Numbered from the stretch's first letter, positions 26,470 to 41,158 are shown. The stretch: DNA of 64,000 nucleotides from Octopus vulgaris (GCA_951406725.2 OX597815.1:37138001-37202000), one strand, 5' to 3'. The notes: a model not told the origin generated them from the letters alone. Made by a program: numbers and translations.

Positions 26470-28392
26470 AGTTACAGCATTATCAAAGGATGTGGGTTGG
26501 AGTTTGGTCAGGATAAATGTTATTATATGATTGCAAAAAGGGGGAAAACAGTAAACCAGACTAGCAATATCTACATTAATGACTTGACTGCTTCCCCTAT
26601 ATCTGACGAGGAATGCTACAGCTATCTAGGTGTGGATGAAGACATATCTTACAATGGCGTCTGTTACAAAACACGTGTCTAAAGAATATTACAGTAGAAT
26701 ACAGAAAATTTGGACCTCAAAAAACTCTCTGTAATCAAACAGTGGCCCACAATGTATTTGTAGTGTCAGAACTCATACCGACATTTGGGTTGCTTGATTG
26801 GACGCTTGATGATATCCGAGCCATTGATGTGAAAATCTGAAAATTACTAACAAGCACACATAATTTACACATAGACAGTAACGTAGAGAAGGCGGCAGAG
26901 GCTTAACATCGATCCAAGATGCCTTTGAATCTCGCATCATATCCCTTCGGCAACACATTTTAATCACCAAATGTGAAAGTGCATTCCTTCACCAAATTTG
27001 CATACATTTGACTGACAACATCATAAGACTTGGAAGGCAGCTCCTTGAGAAACAATCTTTTTCTGATAACCTAGAATACATGCCCAAAGGAGCCGCAGGA
27101 CTCTACCGTAACGTATCATCAGATGAAACGATGGGCATATATGAGCAGAAGTCTATTCTTGTATATGTTAGTAGAAAGCTTCGAGATGGTAGTAACATTG
27201 ATCATCAAAGCAATCTATTATGGATCAATAGCCAGATTACTACCTCCCACTTTGAAAGGTATACGTTTGCAATCCAGGAACAGGAAATATCAAACAAATT
27301 CTTGATTCACAAAAGGGTCAGAGATAGAGAAGCAGTAAAATGTGACAACCGATGCAAACTTTCTGGAGTTAAAACCGAAGATATGACCCACATCATAAGC
27401 AGTTGCCCGAAAATTTCATCATGGTATTATCGATAGGATGTTCTATAATGAAATCCACTGGAACGATAACCCCGAGGACAAAGAAATAAGAAGCCACAAT
27501 ATGGTAGAAGCCATAACCACTCATAATAAAAAGAACTAGTGGAAAGTCCCAGTGGAAACCTCGATAAAATGTAAACACAACAGACCTGATATAATGATTT
27601 GGGATAGAGAAGAGAAACTGCACAGTTGTAGAAATTAACTGCCCAGCGGATGTTAACATAAAGAAGATCAGTGAAAAAGAAAATACCTACGCTGAACTAT
27701 TGAAACATCTGCAGTTACTCGATCCAGACTACAAGTTCATGTTTATACCTGTAATTATTGGGGCCCTAGGATATGCAACACACTGCCTAAATACCAATCT
27801 TAAGAAATTAGGCTTCTCAAAACCAGAGTGGAGAAAGCTAATACGAAGGCTAGAGATCCAATCCGTCACTGGAACTGTAAAATTCTGTAAAACTTTCCAG
27901 AAGTTTATCATTCAAAAATATATATGAGCATGTCTAGATGTACAACTATATGCATGAAAATACATGAAACAAAACATACAAATCTACACATACATATACA
28001 TACATACATACATACAAAAATAAATACATGCATACATACATGCATACATGCATGCATGCATGCATGAATACATGCATACATACATGCACACATACATACA
28101 TACATACATACATATATGCATGCATACATACATACATACATGCATACATACATACATACATGCATACATACATGCATACATACATACATACATGCATACA
28201 TACATACATACATACATGCATACATACATACATGCATGCATACATACATACATACATACATACATACATACATGCATACAAACAAAAATACCCTGTTGTT
28301 GATGTTGAAATTCCAGTGAAGGAGACTTGAATTTTGGTTAGAAACCGGCACTTTCTCTATTGGTAAGAAATCTTAAAATAAAACTGAATAAT
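26470..28392 (+). mobile_element. Second R4/Dong-clade LINE relic, 5'-truncated, with 3'UTR containing (CATA/CATG)n
   Basis: LEFGQDKC; YSYLGVDE; GGRGLTSIQD; ERYTFAIQEQEI; degenerate knuckle CKLSGVKTEDMTHIISSCP; HNRPDIMIWDR..VVEINCPAD; FIPVIIGALG; stop at 27927. Putative UTR to about 28392, then (CA)n. Confidence 0.9.
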
Positions 28393-28393
28393 G

Positions 28394-28442
<49 letters not shown>

Positions 28443-28469
28443 CATATATATATACACATACATACATAC

Positions 28470-28930
28470 ATAAACGCGTATCATGCTGTGCCTCTTCCAT
28501 CGTCTTCAGTCTTACCCTACAATCACTCGTTTCTTCCCTCCTCCTATCATCTCCTCCTTTAAGATTGCCCGTAACCTATGTAACCCCTTACCTTTATTAT
28601 CACTGTCACACCTGCTTTCTCCTCTCTGATAACACCTTCCTTACCAGACCCAGCCAATACACCTTCTGTTATACTCTCACCAAACTGGTCAATTCCATTG
28701 TTTACTCCATTGTTCACTTTGTGTACTTTTCTACACAAAGCAAAGTGTACTGCCGACCGGCATTTACATTTGAAGAACACCTTAGAGACATCGGTGACGG
28801 GTCTTCTTTGTGGACATTTCTGCTCTGCTAAGCACTTCAGTGCGGACACCACTCCTAGTTCTTCTGTCACTCACTTCCAGAGAGAACAGAGGCTCGTTTA
28901 AAAATAATCTTTCCTTTTCATTTCAGCGTT
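28470..28930 (+). mobile_element. Penelope-like element relic (linker and GIY-YIG endonuclease)
   Basis: PPIISSFKIARNLCNPL (cf. PPLISFRR..NL), SIVYSI, FEEHLRDI, HFCSAKH, REQRLV, read across frameshifts. Confidence 0.6.
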
Positions 28931-29048
28931 ATACTTATAACCCCTTTATCCAAACTTGTCCCTCTTGCTTTCATTTTTTAAAATTTGAATGTGTGTGTGC
29001 GTATGTGTGCTGTGTGATATATGTATGCATGTATATATATATACATAC

Positions 29049-29087
<39 letters not shown>

Positions 29088-30100
29088 CACGCACACACAT
29101 ATGTAATTAATATAAACAACAGTTTGCAATTTTTCACCAAAGAGGAGATTTATAATTGTCACTAAATGTGACTAGGGTGTTAGGAAACACCTACATCGAT
29201 AGAAACAAGAGCTAAACCGATCTAATGCTGTAGTAAACGCACGGAAATGAAAACACATACATTAACAAGGACCATAACCGTCCGAGAAGTGCTGATCGAG
29301 AATTCTTAATACTGACGTCAGTTTCGGCAATCTCCGTTGCCTCATCACTTAAGACCGCTCTTTCCGGACTCGCTTCGCCATTAGTATTTATGTTTTCGCC
29401 ATCTAAATTTTATATGTTTGTATGTATGTATGTATGTATGTATGTATGTATGTATGTATGTATGTATGTATGTATGTATGTATGTATGTATGTATGTATG
29501 TATGCATGTATGTGTCTATGTATATAGGACATTTATATCATATCATTTTTCTATGATCTGAAGGTTAGTTGGTACAGTGTACAAGTGCTACAGTTTACTT
29601 TATTGTGATGGACATTAACCTTGGAAAACAATTTGAGTATTTATTCCTACACAAAGAGTAATGTTCTTGAAGTCAGTTCATGAATCTGAGAAATGCTTAG
29701 TTGGAGACTTAATAATCCTACAGACACGATCTACTTTCGGACTGGTAATGAGCAGAATTGTTTGTCCTTCTAAAAGATTGTGCAACAAGTTCAAAGTGCC
29801 ATGTAAGCTACTCTTTGCATGGAGAAGTGTTGTTGTATTCCTGCTGAAGACAATTCTCTTTAAGCCACACACACACACATATATATATTTACATACATAC
29901 ATGCACATACAAATGCACACACACACAAACATACATACACACACAAACACACACAGACACACATAATGTATAGATCAAAACAGTTTGATTCAAATTCCGT
30001 ACTACTTAAAGCTTCAAAGCTTTGAAAAGTTAAGTATCATGGAATTTGAATCAAACCTTTTTGATCCATTATATTTTAAATGCTTTGAGTGCCCTTCATA

Positions 30101-30207
<107 letters not shown>

Positions 30208-30215
30208 AGATATAT

Positions 30216-30553
30216 GTGAAGACGCATGGCTCAGTGCTTAGAGCGTCGAGCTTACGATCATGAGATTGTGAGCTTGAATCCCAGACTGGGCAGCAAGTTA
30301 TGTTCTTGAGCAAGACACTTTATTTCACGTTGCTCCTGTTCACTCAGCTGTAGAATTGCGTTGCGATGTCACAGGTGCCAAGCTGTATTGGTCTTTGCCT
30401 TTCCCTTGAATAACACTGGTGGTGTGGAGAGGGGAGACCGGTATGTATGGGCGACTGCTGGTCTTCCATAAACAACCTTACCTGGACTTGTGCCTGGGAG
30501 GGTAACTTTCTAGGTGCAATCCCATGGTCTGTGTCGTGACCGAAGGGGATCTC
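30216..30553 (+). mobile_element. SINE family B, full length
   Basis: GTGAAGACGCATGGCTCAGTGCTTAGAGCGTCGAGCTTACGATC...TTGAGCAAGACACTTTATTTC...GGTGCAATCCCATGG. Reverse complement of 4426-4769. Confidence 0.88.
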
Positions 30554-30580
30554 AGAATATATATATATATATATACATGC

Positions 30581-30631
<51 letters not shown>

Positions 30632-30673
30632 GTATGTATGTATGTATGTATGTACATACATACATACATACAC

Positions 30674-30705
<32 letters not shown>

Positions 30706-33700
30706 TTGTGTGTGTGTGTGCATATGTATGTATGTATGAATGTGTGTGTATAGTGTGTAAGAAGTCACTACTATAGGTAGCAGGAGAATTGTTTCATTAC
30801 GTTTATGTAACAAAATGTTTACTTATTTGTCCCGAGGCAAGTAAGTGTTATTTATTACCGCATATAATTCTCGTCTGCCCATGTGCAGTATATTCATATA
30901 GTGGCGTTAAAAACAATAAGAGAAATATTTTTTCTAATGAATCGCTACATTCAGCGTCAAATACAGTTAAAAGCAAGTCCAGCATTACAGCCTACACTAA
31001 GAAGCAAGCAAATTTAAAGTTTTCAGGAATGTAAGCTAGTATTTCTCAAACGTTGTTTAACTATAGCTCCCTTTATCAACATTCGTTCAACGCTTCCCTT
31101 TCAATGTACATAAAAAAATATCGAGCCAAATACTCGTTATTGTTATATATTTCAGATAACATAGTTTTGCTATATTGTTGTAGCTATTATTGTTGGTGCC
31201 ATTGTTATTGGTGTTATTCATCTAGCTGCTTTCTTCTCCTTCCAATCAGGACTCATGCCATTAGCCACAAAGAATAATCTCTAATTCGAGTCTACTCTAA
31301 GCTACTAAGACTGCGTGAAGATCCACCCACCACATGCGATAGACTGGCGGTTGTGCGGGAGCGAAAACTACGTTGCTATCCTCATTCCGTAAACAGTGGC
31401 TTTTAACGGGTGGAGAGCTGAACCATCCTGGGGTACAGAGGATTCGCAGTCTAGACTAGGGTCTGAATGTTTACCACACCATGGTTTGTGGCAGAAGTAG
31501 GAAGAAAAAATGAGAGAAGGTTTTGGTGAAAAGTACAGCGGGGTTAAGTTATAAAACAAATCATATACATTAAATACAAACAGAAAAAAATTTATTTGTT
31601 AATTATTTAAGTGAAAAGAAAAATACAGACTTCTTTTGACAGATCAGTTTCGTTTGCAATCACAGTGTGAGCTATAAACCATTTGAGTCTGGGTAAAAAC
31701 ATACGAAGACCTGGATAAGAGGAAAACGGTTCAAGTGAGAATCAAAACTAATCCAAAAAAGCACCGGTTTCTTCTACATTAAGTATTGTAAACGCTATTA
31801 AATTTTCCTTTCATCAGTAGCCATTATTTAAATTGATGAAGCAATTTGTTTGATAACGACATTATGTATGTCAGCCCTGTGCTATATCAACCGTCCCTGG
31901 TTGATAGCACATAATTGGTTCTAATAAAGGCAGAAGACCAGTAATTATGCTGGGAGGGTTTAGCTGTTACAATTAAGCCCAGTATTGATTGGTAGTTTAT
32001 TTTATTAACCTTCGAAGGATGAAAGCAAAGGTGACTAGGATGGAATTGCAATTTAGATCGTTAAGAGTTGGAACAAATGTTACATACTACCTTGTTTTTC
32101 GACGCTGTAACGATTTTATCACTCAATCGCTCTTTCAGCTTGATAACACATGGCAAATATAGCTTTTCCCTCCTCTTAGAAACGTGATTAGCGTACATAG
32201 CAAAATCAAATGATTACAATGTTGCGCAGAAGCGAGTTGGAAAAATAAGAGCTAACTCCGGTTTGGATGCCGAATTAAAAAAAAAAAGGCGGTTCGGATA
32301 GCACTTGTGATTGATACAGCTGGACTGTAAATAACCCCTCGTGTGAAGACATCGACGTATCACTTAAAAAGGCTAGACACTGGCTTGCAAATGCTGTAAG
32401 GTCATTCTAAGACATCATGCTCATTCTCAGCATTTGTTAACCTAAACACTTTCATGTATGTTTTCCAAGGCGTATCTCATTCTCATTGCTCATTTAATGT
32501 ATTTACCAAACTAAAAACAGTAGAGGTAATGCTAACAAACACCGATTTCCTTTATACTTGAAATATTCAAAGGTAGACACAAATAAATAGAATTTTGGAT
32601 ATAAAGAAACTGATACGAATTGGATACATTATACATTTTGTTATGTTGGCTGAAGCAAAGAAATAAAGTTTATATTCTCTTCACTTGTTCAATCTATGAC
32701 TAATTAAATCGTTGTTTATAATAGCATTGATGTCGCAGCGTTTTGCAAGATAAAATAAACGATGTTATTGATTTATACATAACCTAAAGCATTTTTTTTA
32801 TTCATTTGTATTGATAAAATCAGTTTCAGCAATTATAAACTTCTTCCTCTCTCCGCTGCATTACCATTTCTGATCATCTATCACCATTATGGTCTTCCCC
32901 CATTATCATTACAATCATCGTTCTTATGATTATATATAATTATCGCTATCATTACCCTCATGATTATTCATCATCGTTATTAATAGCATCATCATATCAA
33001 GATGATGATGATAAATGTCATAGTGAAATAGAAGACCATGAAGTATTCTGTCTGGCAGGGAAAGGCCATCGACTTTGTCTGACACAATTTGACCCTATTG
33101 TCGCCACTAGAGCTGCTGTCAGAAAGCAAAGAGCCAGAACAGGTACCGCTAGACATTTTGCTCGATTCCATAGCAGTCCCATCAATCCGTCATCTTGCAT
33201 TGCTACTTTTATATCGACCCTGAAAGTTGAGCATGGCTGGATTTGAACTCGGACCACAGAGAGTCAGAACAAATAGAGTATGACATTTTATACAATGCTT
33301 TAATGATTCTATCACTACGCGCTTTAACTTCAATAAATATCCTCAGTGAATCCGTGTACTATGCTAACAGAGGTGACGACAAATTCTCATCTTATAAAAT
33401 ATTAAAAATCTTTTTTTCTCTTGAGATTCCATTAAAAAATTCCATTTTTGGTGTATTTCAATGAATCGAAAATTTCATCGTGTAATTAAATTCTATTTAC
33501 CATATTAAATTCGGAGCAATAGAATAACCATCTCGTTTCTAATTCATCTATAAGAATATAGACAAAATTACCACTGAATTAAAAATTTTCATTCACCATT
33601 AACTTTCCAAGAAATTCAGGATACATTTACAAGTCATGCAAGAAGTGATGTCGACTCTGCCTTTTATTCTATCGAGTTCAATAAAATAAGTACCAGTCGT

Positions 33701-33856
33701 CGAGTACTGGGTGAGATGTAATCGACTGCTCCCCTAAAATTGCTGTTCTTGTACCAAAATTTGTAAATATTATTATTGTTGCCTTTGTTGTTGTTGTTCT
33801 GTTGGAGTTTTTGTCCATGTCTATGTTATTGTTGTCCTTAATGTTGCTGTTGTTAC

Positions 33857-33933
33857 CTGTATCTGGAAGCTGATTCTGTTGGACTTGTTATAATTATTTG
33901 TTTCCTTTAACTCCGTGTTTATTTTACTGATAG
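33857..33933 (-). CDS. Candidate 77-nt exon
   Basis: Minus CTTTTTCTCTTCCTTGGTAG|CTATCAG...GATACAG|GTAACA. Only one frame is open (ISKINTELKETNNYNKSNRISFQIQ, phase 1 to 0), which is compatible with the candidates at 47448-47529 and 1476-1536. Confidence 0.25.
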
Positions 33934-35721
33934 CTACCAAGGAAGAGAAAAAGCGTTTAATTGTTATTTATCGTCTGTTTCGTGGAAGAAATATTAATAA
34001 TTATGTATCGTTATTACATTCTCTCTTCACTGTAGAAATCCATTTCAACAAGGCTGCAATAGTGACGATAGGTGATTATTCTTCATAAGAATGCTAGACA
34101 AAGTTCTCTTCCAAAGGAGTTGGGTGGAGTGGGCCGTGAATATAATGTTTTGAATATTGAGAATAATTTTCCCAACAGAAAGAATAATTCTAGCATTGAC
34201 AATAACAATGACGAAATCAATAATTGGAACAGCAATAGCAAACAAGAAAATCATTTATATTTAACATAGGAAGAATGACTGCAACAACAGAAATAGCGGT
34301 GGCAGTGGCTTTACTCGGCGACAAAAACACTAGAAAAATGATTACAGTTCCAATGAAAAGGGTGATTGTTGGAATAGAAACCGCATCTCTACACCCTTTC
34401 AGTGTATAGATTGTGTTGAATTTTGCTATTACAGCCGAAATATAAAAGAGATAGAGAATTGTATGAGAAAATAGATAATAATGATAATTATGCTTAGCTG
34501 CACTGGTTTCCGAGTGCACACCACATAGTGGGGATTTTGAGGATATTTTTTAAAAGTTCAGACCGCTTATTAGCAATGTAAGGGGAGAGATCAGACTTTT
34601 GATTAAAGGTGGTAAGTTTTATATTCAGAGAAACAGGCAAGTACGTGTATCTAAACGGTTCACTAGAAGAGGTAAAACAATTATGAAGATAAGGGATATT
34701 AGCAGCACCTGCTAATTTCTTTGGTTGTAAACCTTGGTTGTTCATGACTTTCGTCAAAACTATTTCAGACTACTCTGTATTCTTTCTGAATAGATGATTT
34801 CATTTCTGGAAAATTTTCTCTCCACCAACACATTCAGACTAAATATTCTCATTCAAATAATTTCTTATTCGACTGATGTCGAGACATAAGCTTTCAGATT
34901 TATGACAATACATATATGACGTCAGACTACACACACACATATACACACACAAATGAACAAACAAATTAAACCGAAACTAACAAATGCTTCTATCTACACG
35001 GAAAATTCATTAATTATAAGTTGAATTCCTGAGATTTCTTCAGTACGCAGTCTATGTGCTGCATAGACACACTTTATTCTATACTTTGCTTGGACTACAT
35101 CCAGGATCATTTGAAAGTGAAAGGAAGCCTAAAATGAGATAGTATATGTGACATTGTCTCTATAGAAAATTCTGGAATATCTGTAGTATTGATGCCTTTT
35201 ACGTATGTTTAACAAGTTACATTTGACTCCCTAAAGATTCACAATTAATGTTAAAAAATCAATGATGCTTAGAGACAGCCCTCATACAGCAGCACCCTCA
35301 TACAAAGCCGTGATACTTCATTTTGTAAATGAATTGTGATTTGAGTTTCAAACGTGTCAAGCGACCATATAGAAGATTGTTGTTTGGCTTCATTTAAAAA
35401 TCCTTACAGGTAAACATGCTATTTGACACTCATCACGACAGGATATTAGACTCATCAATCTTAGATAAACTGATTGCTAATCATCAGTGGCGTAGCTAAG
35501 GTAAACTATATTATATTGGTACTTATTTGTAACAAGTAATTAATGGCTTCTTCCAGTTGTAGAGCATTCCACCCACGAAGGCTCGATGCTAGATGGATCG
35601 AAAAGATTGTAGTGATCAATAAAATTTCTCGTATCTTCTATCTCGAACACTAAGCCAGTGAATGTGCTTTACCGGCAAACTACCAGATGTACACCATAAG
35701 ATTTATTAGATACTAACTATA

Positions 35722-36475
35722 CAGGGTGTTTGGGAAAATTTGCCATTTATTTGTCTCCTATTCTTTTGAGGAGTTTGATTTATTGGTAAATAGTCAACGG
35801 AGTTGAAGAGCATGAAGATTAAATTTGTAGCTGAGAAAAAGTTAGCTGATATGGAAAACTGGCTATAAGACGTGACATGGATAGTTGCAATGGAGACTGC
35901 GAAGCTGTGGCCCAGAAGAATTCATCCCCACTTTATACTTGAACTTGGCTTTAGGCTTAATTTAGACGGCGCTGTGAAGTTCCTGAAGACTGGTCACTCT
36001 CTGGCTAGAGAGGGTTGCTGTGGGAAGGCCATATGTATGGCAGCAGGAGCTGATTCCTTGTCATTCCTAGGGAAAGAATCAGAAGTAGTTGTCGGAGAAT
36101 GTTTACGACTTTACCAGCTCTGACTTCTGGCCTCCCAATTCATCCAGATTGTAATCCTATAGATTACTATTCGTTGGGGCGCTATTGCGAAAGACATTAA
36201 ACGCTCTGTCTGCAACATTAAACCCGCGTTTGTGGCTAAGATCAAGGAGGTGTTCGAAGATCTTCCCAGGGGCACAGAGAGGAACACATGCGCCAGGTTT
36301 CGGAGCCGTTTTGAGGCCATGGTGGAAGCTGTTGACTGCTATTTTGAGTAAACATTTATCTCCCAGCCATAATCTAGTTGATATTTTTGGACTTTGAAAA
36401 ATACTTCTGTTTTGGGGTTGGCTACTGTGTTTCCCTTTTCTTTTATGAAGTCTCAGATTTATACCAAACATACTA
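35722..36475 (+). mobile_element. Internally deleted Tc1/mariner element with catalytic C-terminus (third residue D, maT/DD37D-like)
   Basis: TIR TA|CAGGGTGTTTGGGAAAATTTG with imperfect partner CAGATTTATACCAAACATACT. Peptide WLERVAVGRPYVWQQ...DFWPPNS/PDCNPIDYY...KIKEVFEDLP...CARFRSRFEAMVEAVDCYFE*. Confidence 0.8.
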
Positions 36476-38799
36476 TTAACGGATATGCTTTATAAATATA
36501 AAAACAGTGAACATTAACTAAAGAGCGGGCTTGTTACTAGGGCTGTATACTATGACTTGCTTAAGCGCCATACATACCATCAATGCAGTATATAAAGATG
36601 AAATCTTAGATAATTCAATGACTAAATTATTATGCTAAAGCTTAATATATGCTCAGACATATATTTATTCAACAAGGAATCTGCATCTTTCAATATAGCG
36701 CGAAATTTACGTATTACGCTTTCTTTTAGAACAGATTACGAGGTTTGAGTTGCGAACTGGTTGTAATGATTGGCTAATTTATCAGAAAAATTACATATAT
36801 GAATTTAGAAAATTGGATTTATATCTCCCCCGAATCTTGTCTGAAACAAACGGCTCGTACAAATATTGACAATTCAAATGGAATCTAATAAATTTAAGTA
36901 ATTATAGAGTTAAGATAATGGTGAAGGGACATATTGAATTGAAAAGAACGTATTAATACCGGGACATTAAATATTTCATCCCCATCTCCGAAATAAAATA
37001 TATAACATTCCTTATATGTTCTAATGCAATTTCTTGAGAAATCGTTTGGTTTATACAGTCGATTGGCTGTGATGAATGAATGAATGAATGAATACAATTA
37101 TGAATGAATGACTACAAGAGGAAGCTAAAAGTATGTTGACAGAGCTCTCATAATTCGTTATGTCCACAAGCATACACACTAGTGTTTATAAAAGAACCAG
37201 CTTTATCCGTCATGTTTACCTGCAGAAGTAAGAAAACTTGTGTCAAAGAAATATCAGAACTGTCCATTTAAAAGTTATATCACACTTTTTTAAAAAATTT
37301 CTTACTTTTAATCTGAATGATATTTATTCTATGTAAATCAATCTAGAAACATCACTATAGGCATTTTCGTGTAAGTGGCAGCTTGCTAACATTGATAGGC
37401 CTGACACGTTCTACAGACGATGTAGAGCAGAAAGACGGTGGATTCAGAAGAAACGCTTGTGTATGTATGTACGTATGTATGTATGTAACTATGTATGTAT
37501 GTACGTACGTACGTACGTGTGTATGAATGTATTTATATACATTTCATATACGAAGTGATGGAGAAAAAGAGCATAGAACAAGGAGTAGATCAGTAAATTG
37601 AGCAAAGAGAAAATATTTAAAGAACTAAGGCGAGAGTGAGAGAGAGAGAGTGAGGGGGGGGAATAGAGATAGACAGATGGGAAGAAAGAACGAGTATTTG
37701 TATGCACATGTTTGTGCGTGGGTAGTGTGTGAATGCTTTGCGTGTGTGTGTGTGTGTGTGAGGGAGAGAGAGCGAGAGAGACTGCGTGTGTGTGTATGTA
37801 TGTATGAAAATATGAAGTGCAGTTAATGCAAAATTTCGGAGCAAAATGGATAATAAAAATAGTTGATTTGTGTTATACAAGTGTTCAGTGCTACGGATCG
37901 AGTGTAAAAATCACCCTCTACACGCATAAACATAAGCAGACATTTATGCAGAGGTAGCTAACGGTTCAACATCGTTGATATCCAGTGTCGTTTTGTGGGG
38001 AGAAAAGACTGAGTGAAGTGATTAGTGTGGGTTCCTGTATAAATTGGGTTGACCGAATATGGCTGAAAAGAGAGACAAGTGAGTTCGAGTCGGTGAGTTG
38101 GAGTGGAACGAGGTCGGGGATGCATAGAACATTATAAACCGGTAGAAAAGGCAAGAGGAGACAACTCGAGTTCGAAACCAACTCCATGCCAATTAGTCAG
38201 GTAGCTTAGCTGTACATACATACATACATACATACATACATACTTCTGCACATAATACATGCCATTATGTATTTCGAACTGTATATTTGTGTGTATGTAT
38301 ATATATATATATATATATATACACATACACACAAATGTACAGATATGTATGTATATGTGTGAGTATGTTTGTATATAAGAATATGAAAAAATGAGCTTGT
38401 ACGTTAAGTTAATATTTTGGAAATGTATTTAAAAAGTATAGGTTTTCGGAAGTACATTGATTGCTGAATAATTTGCTTGTATATAAGATATTTCTCTGTC
38501 TTAAGACCACAATCTAACCTAATAGCATAGATTAAATTGTTATTCTTACAAAAACTGATGTGTCGCTATGGAAGTGCCGAATAATTGCGTAATGATCTAA
38601 CGATATGCTAAAATATTTAACTTTAAATTGATTTGTTGTTTATCCTTTGTAAATGTAATTTATGCTATTCTGATTATTGTAAGAATTGTCAGTGCTTACA
38701 TAGATAATGGGTTTGTGTTCACTATTGCTGTTCACTGGACACATTTTATGAATGTCAATTGCATTTAACAGCACTAATGTTATTTGGGTTCTGGTAATT

Positions 38800-39650
38800 T
38801 GAATTATTCATTCTTGTTTTACTGTTACTGAATGATAATGTGTTGACGAAATTTGTTGGTGTCACGTAGTTTATTTTCAGTAAATTTGAGTTGAAGATTT
38901 TTCTGTATGCATATTTTCGGGAAGGAATGGCTATTTTACAAGCTGTAGGAATGTTTTTCCAATCAAGATACTGATGTTGAATGAATATGGTCTATTACAC
39001 CTCCAAATGTTTGCGTTTCCTCTTCCTGGGTTGTGTACGTCTATAATATTTAGTGGTTTTAAAGACACCACAATATACTAATATATTATTGTATGGATTG
39101 ACTTCTTTGCTGGCTGAGGTTTTGTCGGCAGAGATGTTTAGATTAGAGAGATTTGTGAATAAATTTCTGTGAGTAGACAGTGGCTGGTTAGAATCATGAT
39201 TAATACATAATTAATACATATTGAAACATGTGGTTTAATGATATAAGGTTGGAAATTTCTGTCATTAATCATATATATATATTAGGTCTAAAAAACTGAA
39301 TATCTTGAGGTTGTTACTTACTGTATTCTTTACGTTCAAATCGCTGAATAGTTTAGGTATTTCTCTGAATTTATCAGCTCATTGCCTGTGTATATCTTTG
39401 GAGGTAAATAACCATCATTACTATACATTTCCCCGTGTTTATAATGGACTGTGTACATATACAAACACCCTAAATATGAACTTTCTGAAGATTCTACGAC
39501 GTTTGTGTTTTATGGATCATGCTCTTGTGTTAAAGAAGGCAATAAATTTACCAGCAAGACTTATTATTTGTATGACATAATCAGTGATGTTAGCATAGAG
39601 TTAAGTAACATCAAGTCATATCAAAATTCATGTACAAGACAAAAGTAGCT
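38800..39650 (-). mobile_element. Highly decayed Penelope-like reverse transcriptase
   Basis: Minus-strand fragments in the expected order: GEMYSNDG (cf. GLYRDDG), KPYIIKP...SNQP (cf. KPYRKP..SNHP), RKRK/IWRCNRPYSFNISILIGKTFLQLV/YRKIFNSNLLKINY (cf. RKRNIIWFNPPYS..IGK.FL.L...KIFN....KISY). Confidence 0.6.
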
Positions 39651-39951
39651 GTCAGTTATATGAAATTATGTGAAAATGTATTTTATTTTACAATGAATGT
39701 TTTAAACGGAACTTCTCGCGAATCATGTAATGGCAAAATTTGAGATCAATGTGAATATGTAATATCCAGGCATTAATAAAATTTATAGTTTTCTGCATAC
39801 ACGTATGCAGATATAACCTATTTTATGATTTCTTAAATTCATATGCATATAAGCACAAATTACATACACACACACACACATACAGATCATGAATATTTAT
39901 ATACCTGTATACAGGGATAAGTGTTTATGTATGTTTATAATATATATGAAA

Positions 39952-40339
39952 CTAGCAGTATCGCCCGGCGTTGCTCGGGTTTGTAAAGTATAATAGCCAT
40001 CTCAATACGGCTAATCACAAAGGGGGGTGTTACTGTAGCTTTTTACAAAGGGGGGGTGTTACTGTAGCTTTTTACGTTCTGAGATTTAATAATAAATTTT
40101 TAGAGAGTTACTTCCCTTATATATGCCAAAAATGCATTAAAATGGGAAAAACTGATGGTAAATTTAAAAAAAAATCGTAGACTCATCGTGGACGCGCGCT
40201 AATACCCAGAAGGGCTCGATATGAATCACGTCTATAAGATACCCGGTTTTGGTTAAACTGCACCGCAAAATGTGGGAGTAGTTAAGAATCTAAATCGTAG
40301 GAGACAGACAGCATACAACCTCTCTTTTATATATAAAGA
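39952..40339 (-). mobile_element. Non-autonomous Helitron, complete (388 bp)
   Basis: Minus A|TCTTTATATATAAAAGAG...CCCGAGCAACGCCGGGCGATACTGCTAG|T, giving a TC start, subterminal hairpin, CTAG end, A|T site and no TSD. Internal tandem duplication of about 30 bp at 40017-40075. Confidence 0.9.
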
Positions 40340-40903
40340 TATGTGGCAAATGTATGAAATGTTCTAATACCATAGTCGAGAAAGCAGCACTTGTTACTGT
40401 ACAAGGTCTGCCGGATTTTTCCTTCTGCACATACTACATGCCACTATGTATTTCGAACTTATTTGAAAACCGCGAAATTATCAGGTTTGTGAAAGGTTTT
40501 CTTCCAAAGTCACGCCTCCATTGTCGTTGAGCCTCAACAACATTCTCACATTTAAAATACCACTTTAAAATGAACTTATACTCCTTAAACGACAATCGTA
40601 CGTCTTCTATCTTGACACGGTTGCTCAGAAAGGCATCAAGACGTCAAGTGAGTTTCCAGTTTCATACGTCAAAAATTGATCAAGTGAAACATATTTTATT
40701 CAGTATCACAGTAATTTCAAAATTAGTGTATTTTTAAAATCAAAAATTTTTTGAAAATTTTTCATTGAATTTTTTAAAAATAGTTAAAAGACCATCGACA
40801 TTGAATAAGCCCCTCATCACCCACAAAAATATCACGATTAATGCAATCCCGTGATACCTGAATAAATTTAGTATTAAAATATTCCTACACATATATATGT
40901 ATG

Positions 40904-40959
<56 letters not shown>

Positions 40960-41019
40960 CATATATATGCATATATATGGCCATATTATGTATATGTGTG
41001 TGTATATATATATTCCTTT

Positions 41020-41158
41020 TAAGTCTGTTATTTATTCTAACAGTCTCTTTTCCCGGGGACGTAAACACACCAAACGCAGTCAGGGGACAAACACACACAC
41101 ACAAACAGACACACACACACATACTCGTGCGCACACACACGGACGCATACACTACAAA

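Noticed and set aside
29314-29321. TGACGTCA CRE-like site in a CpG-richer patch
   Set aside because: An 8-mer is expected by chance in 64 kb, and there is no promoter context.
34072-34269. Asn-rich 65-aa ORF
   Set aside because: GTG start directly after an in-frame stop, low complexity, and no convincing splice context.
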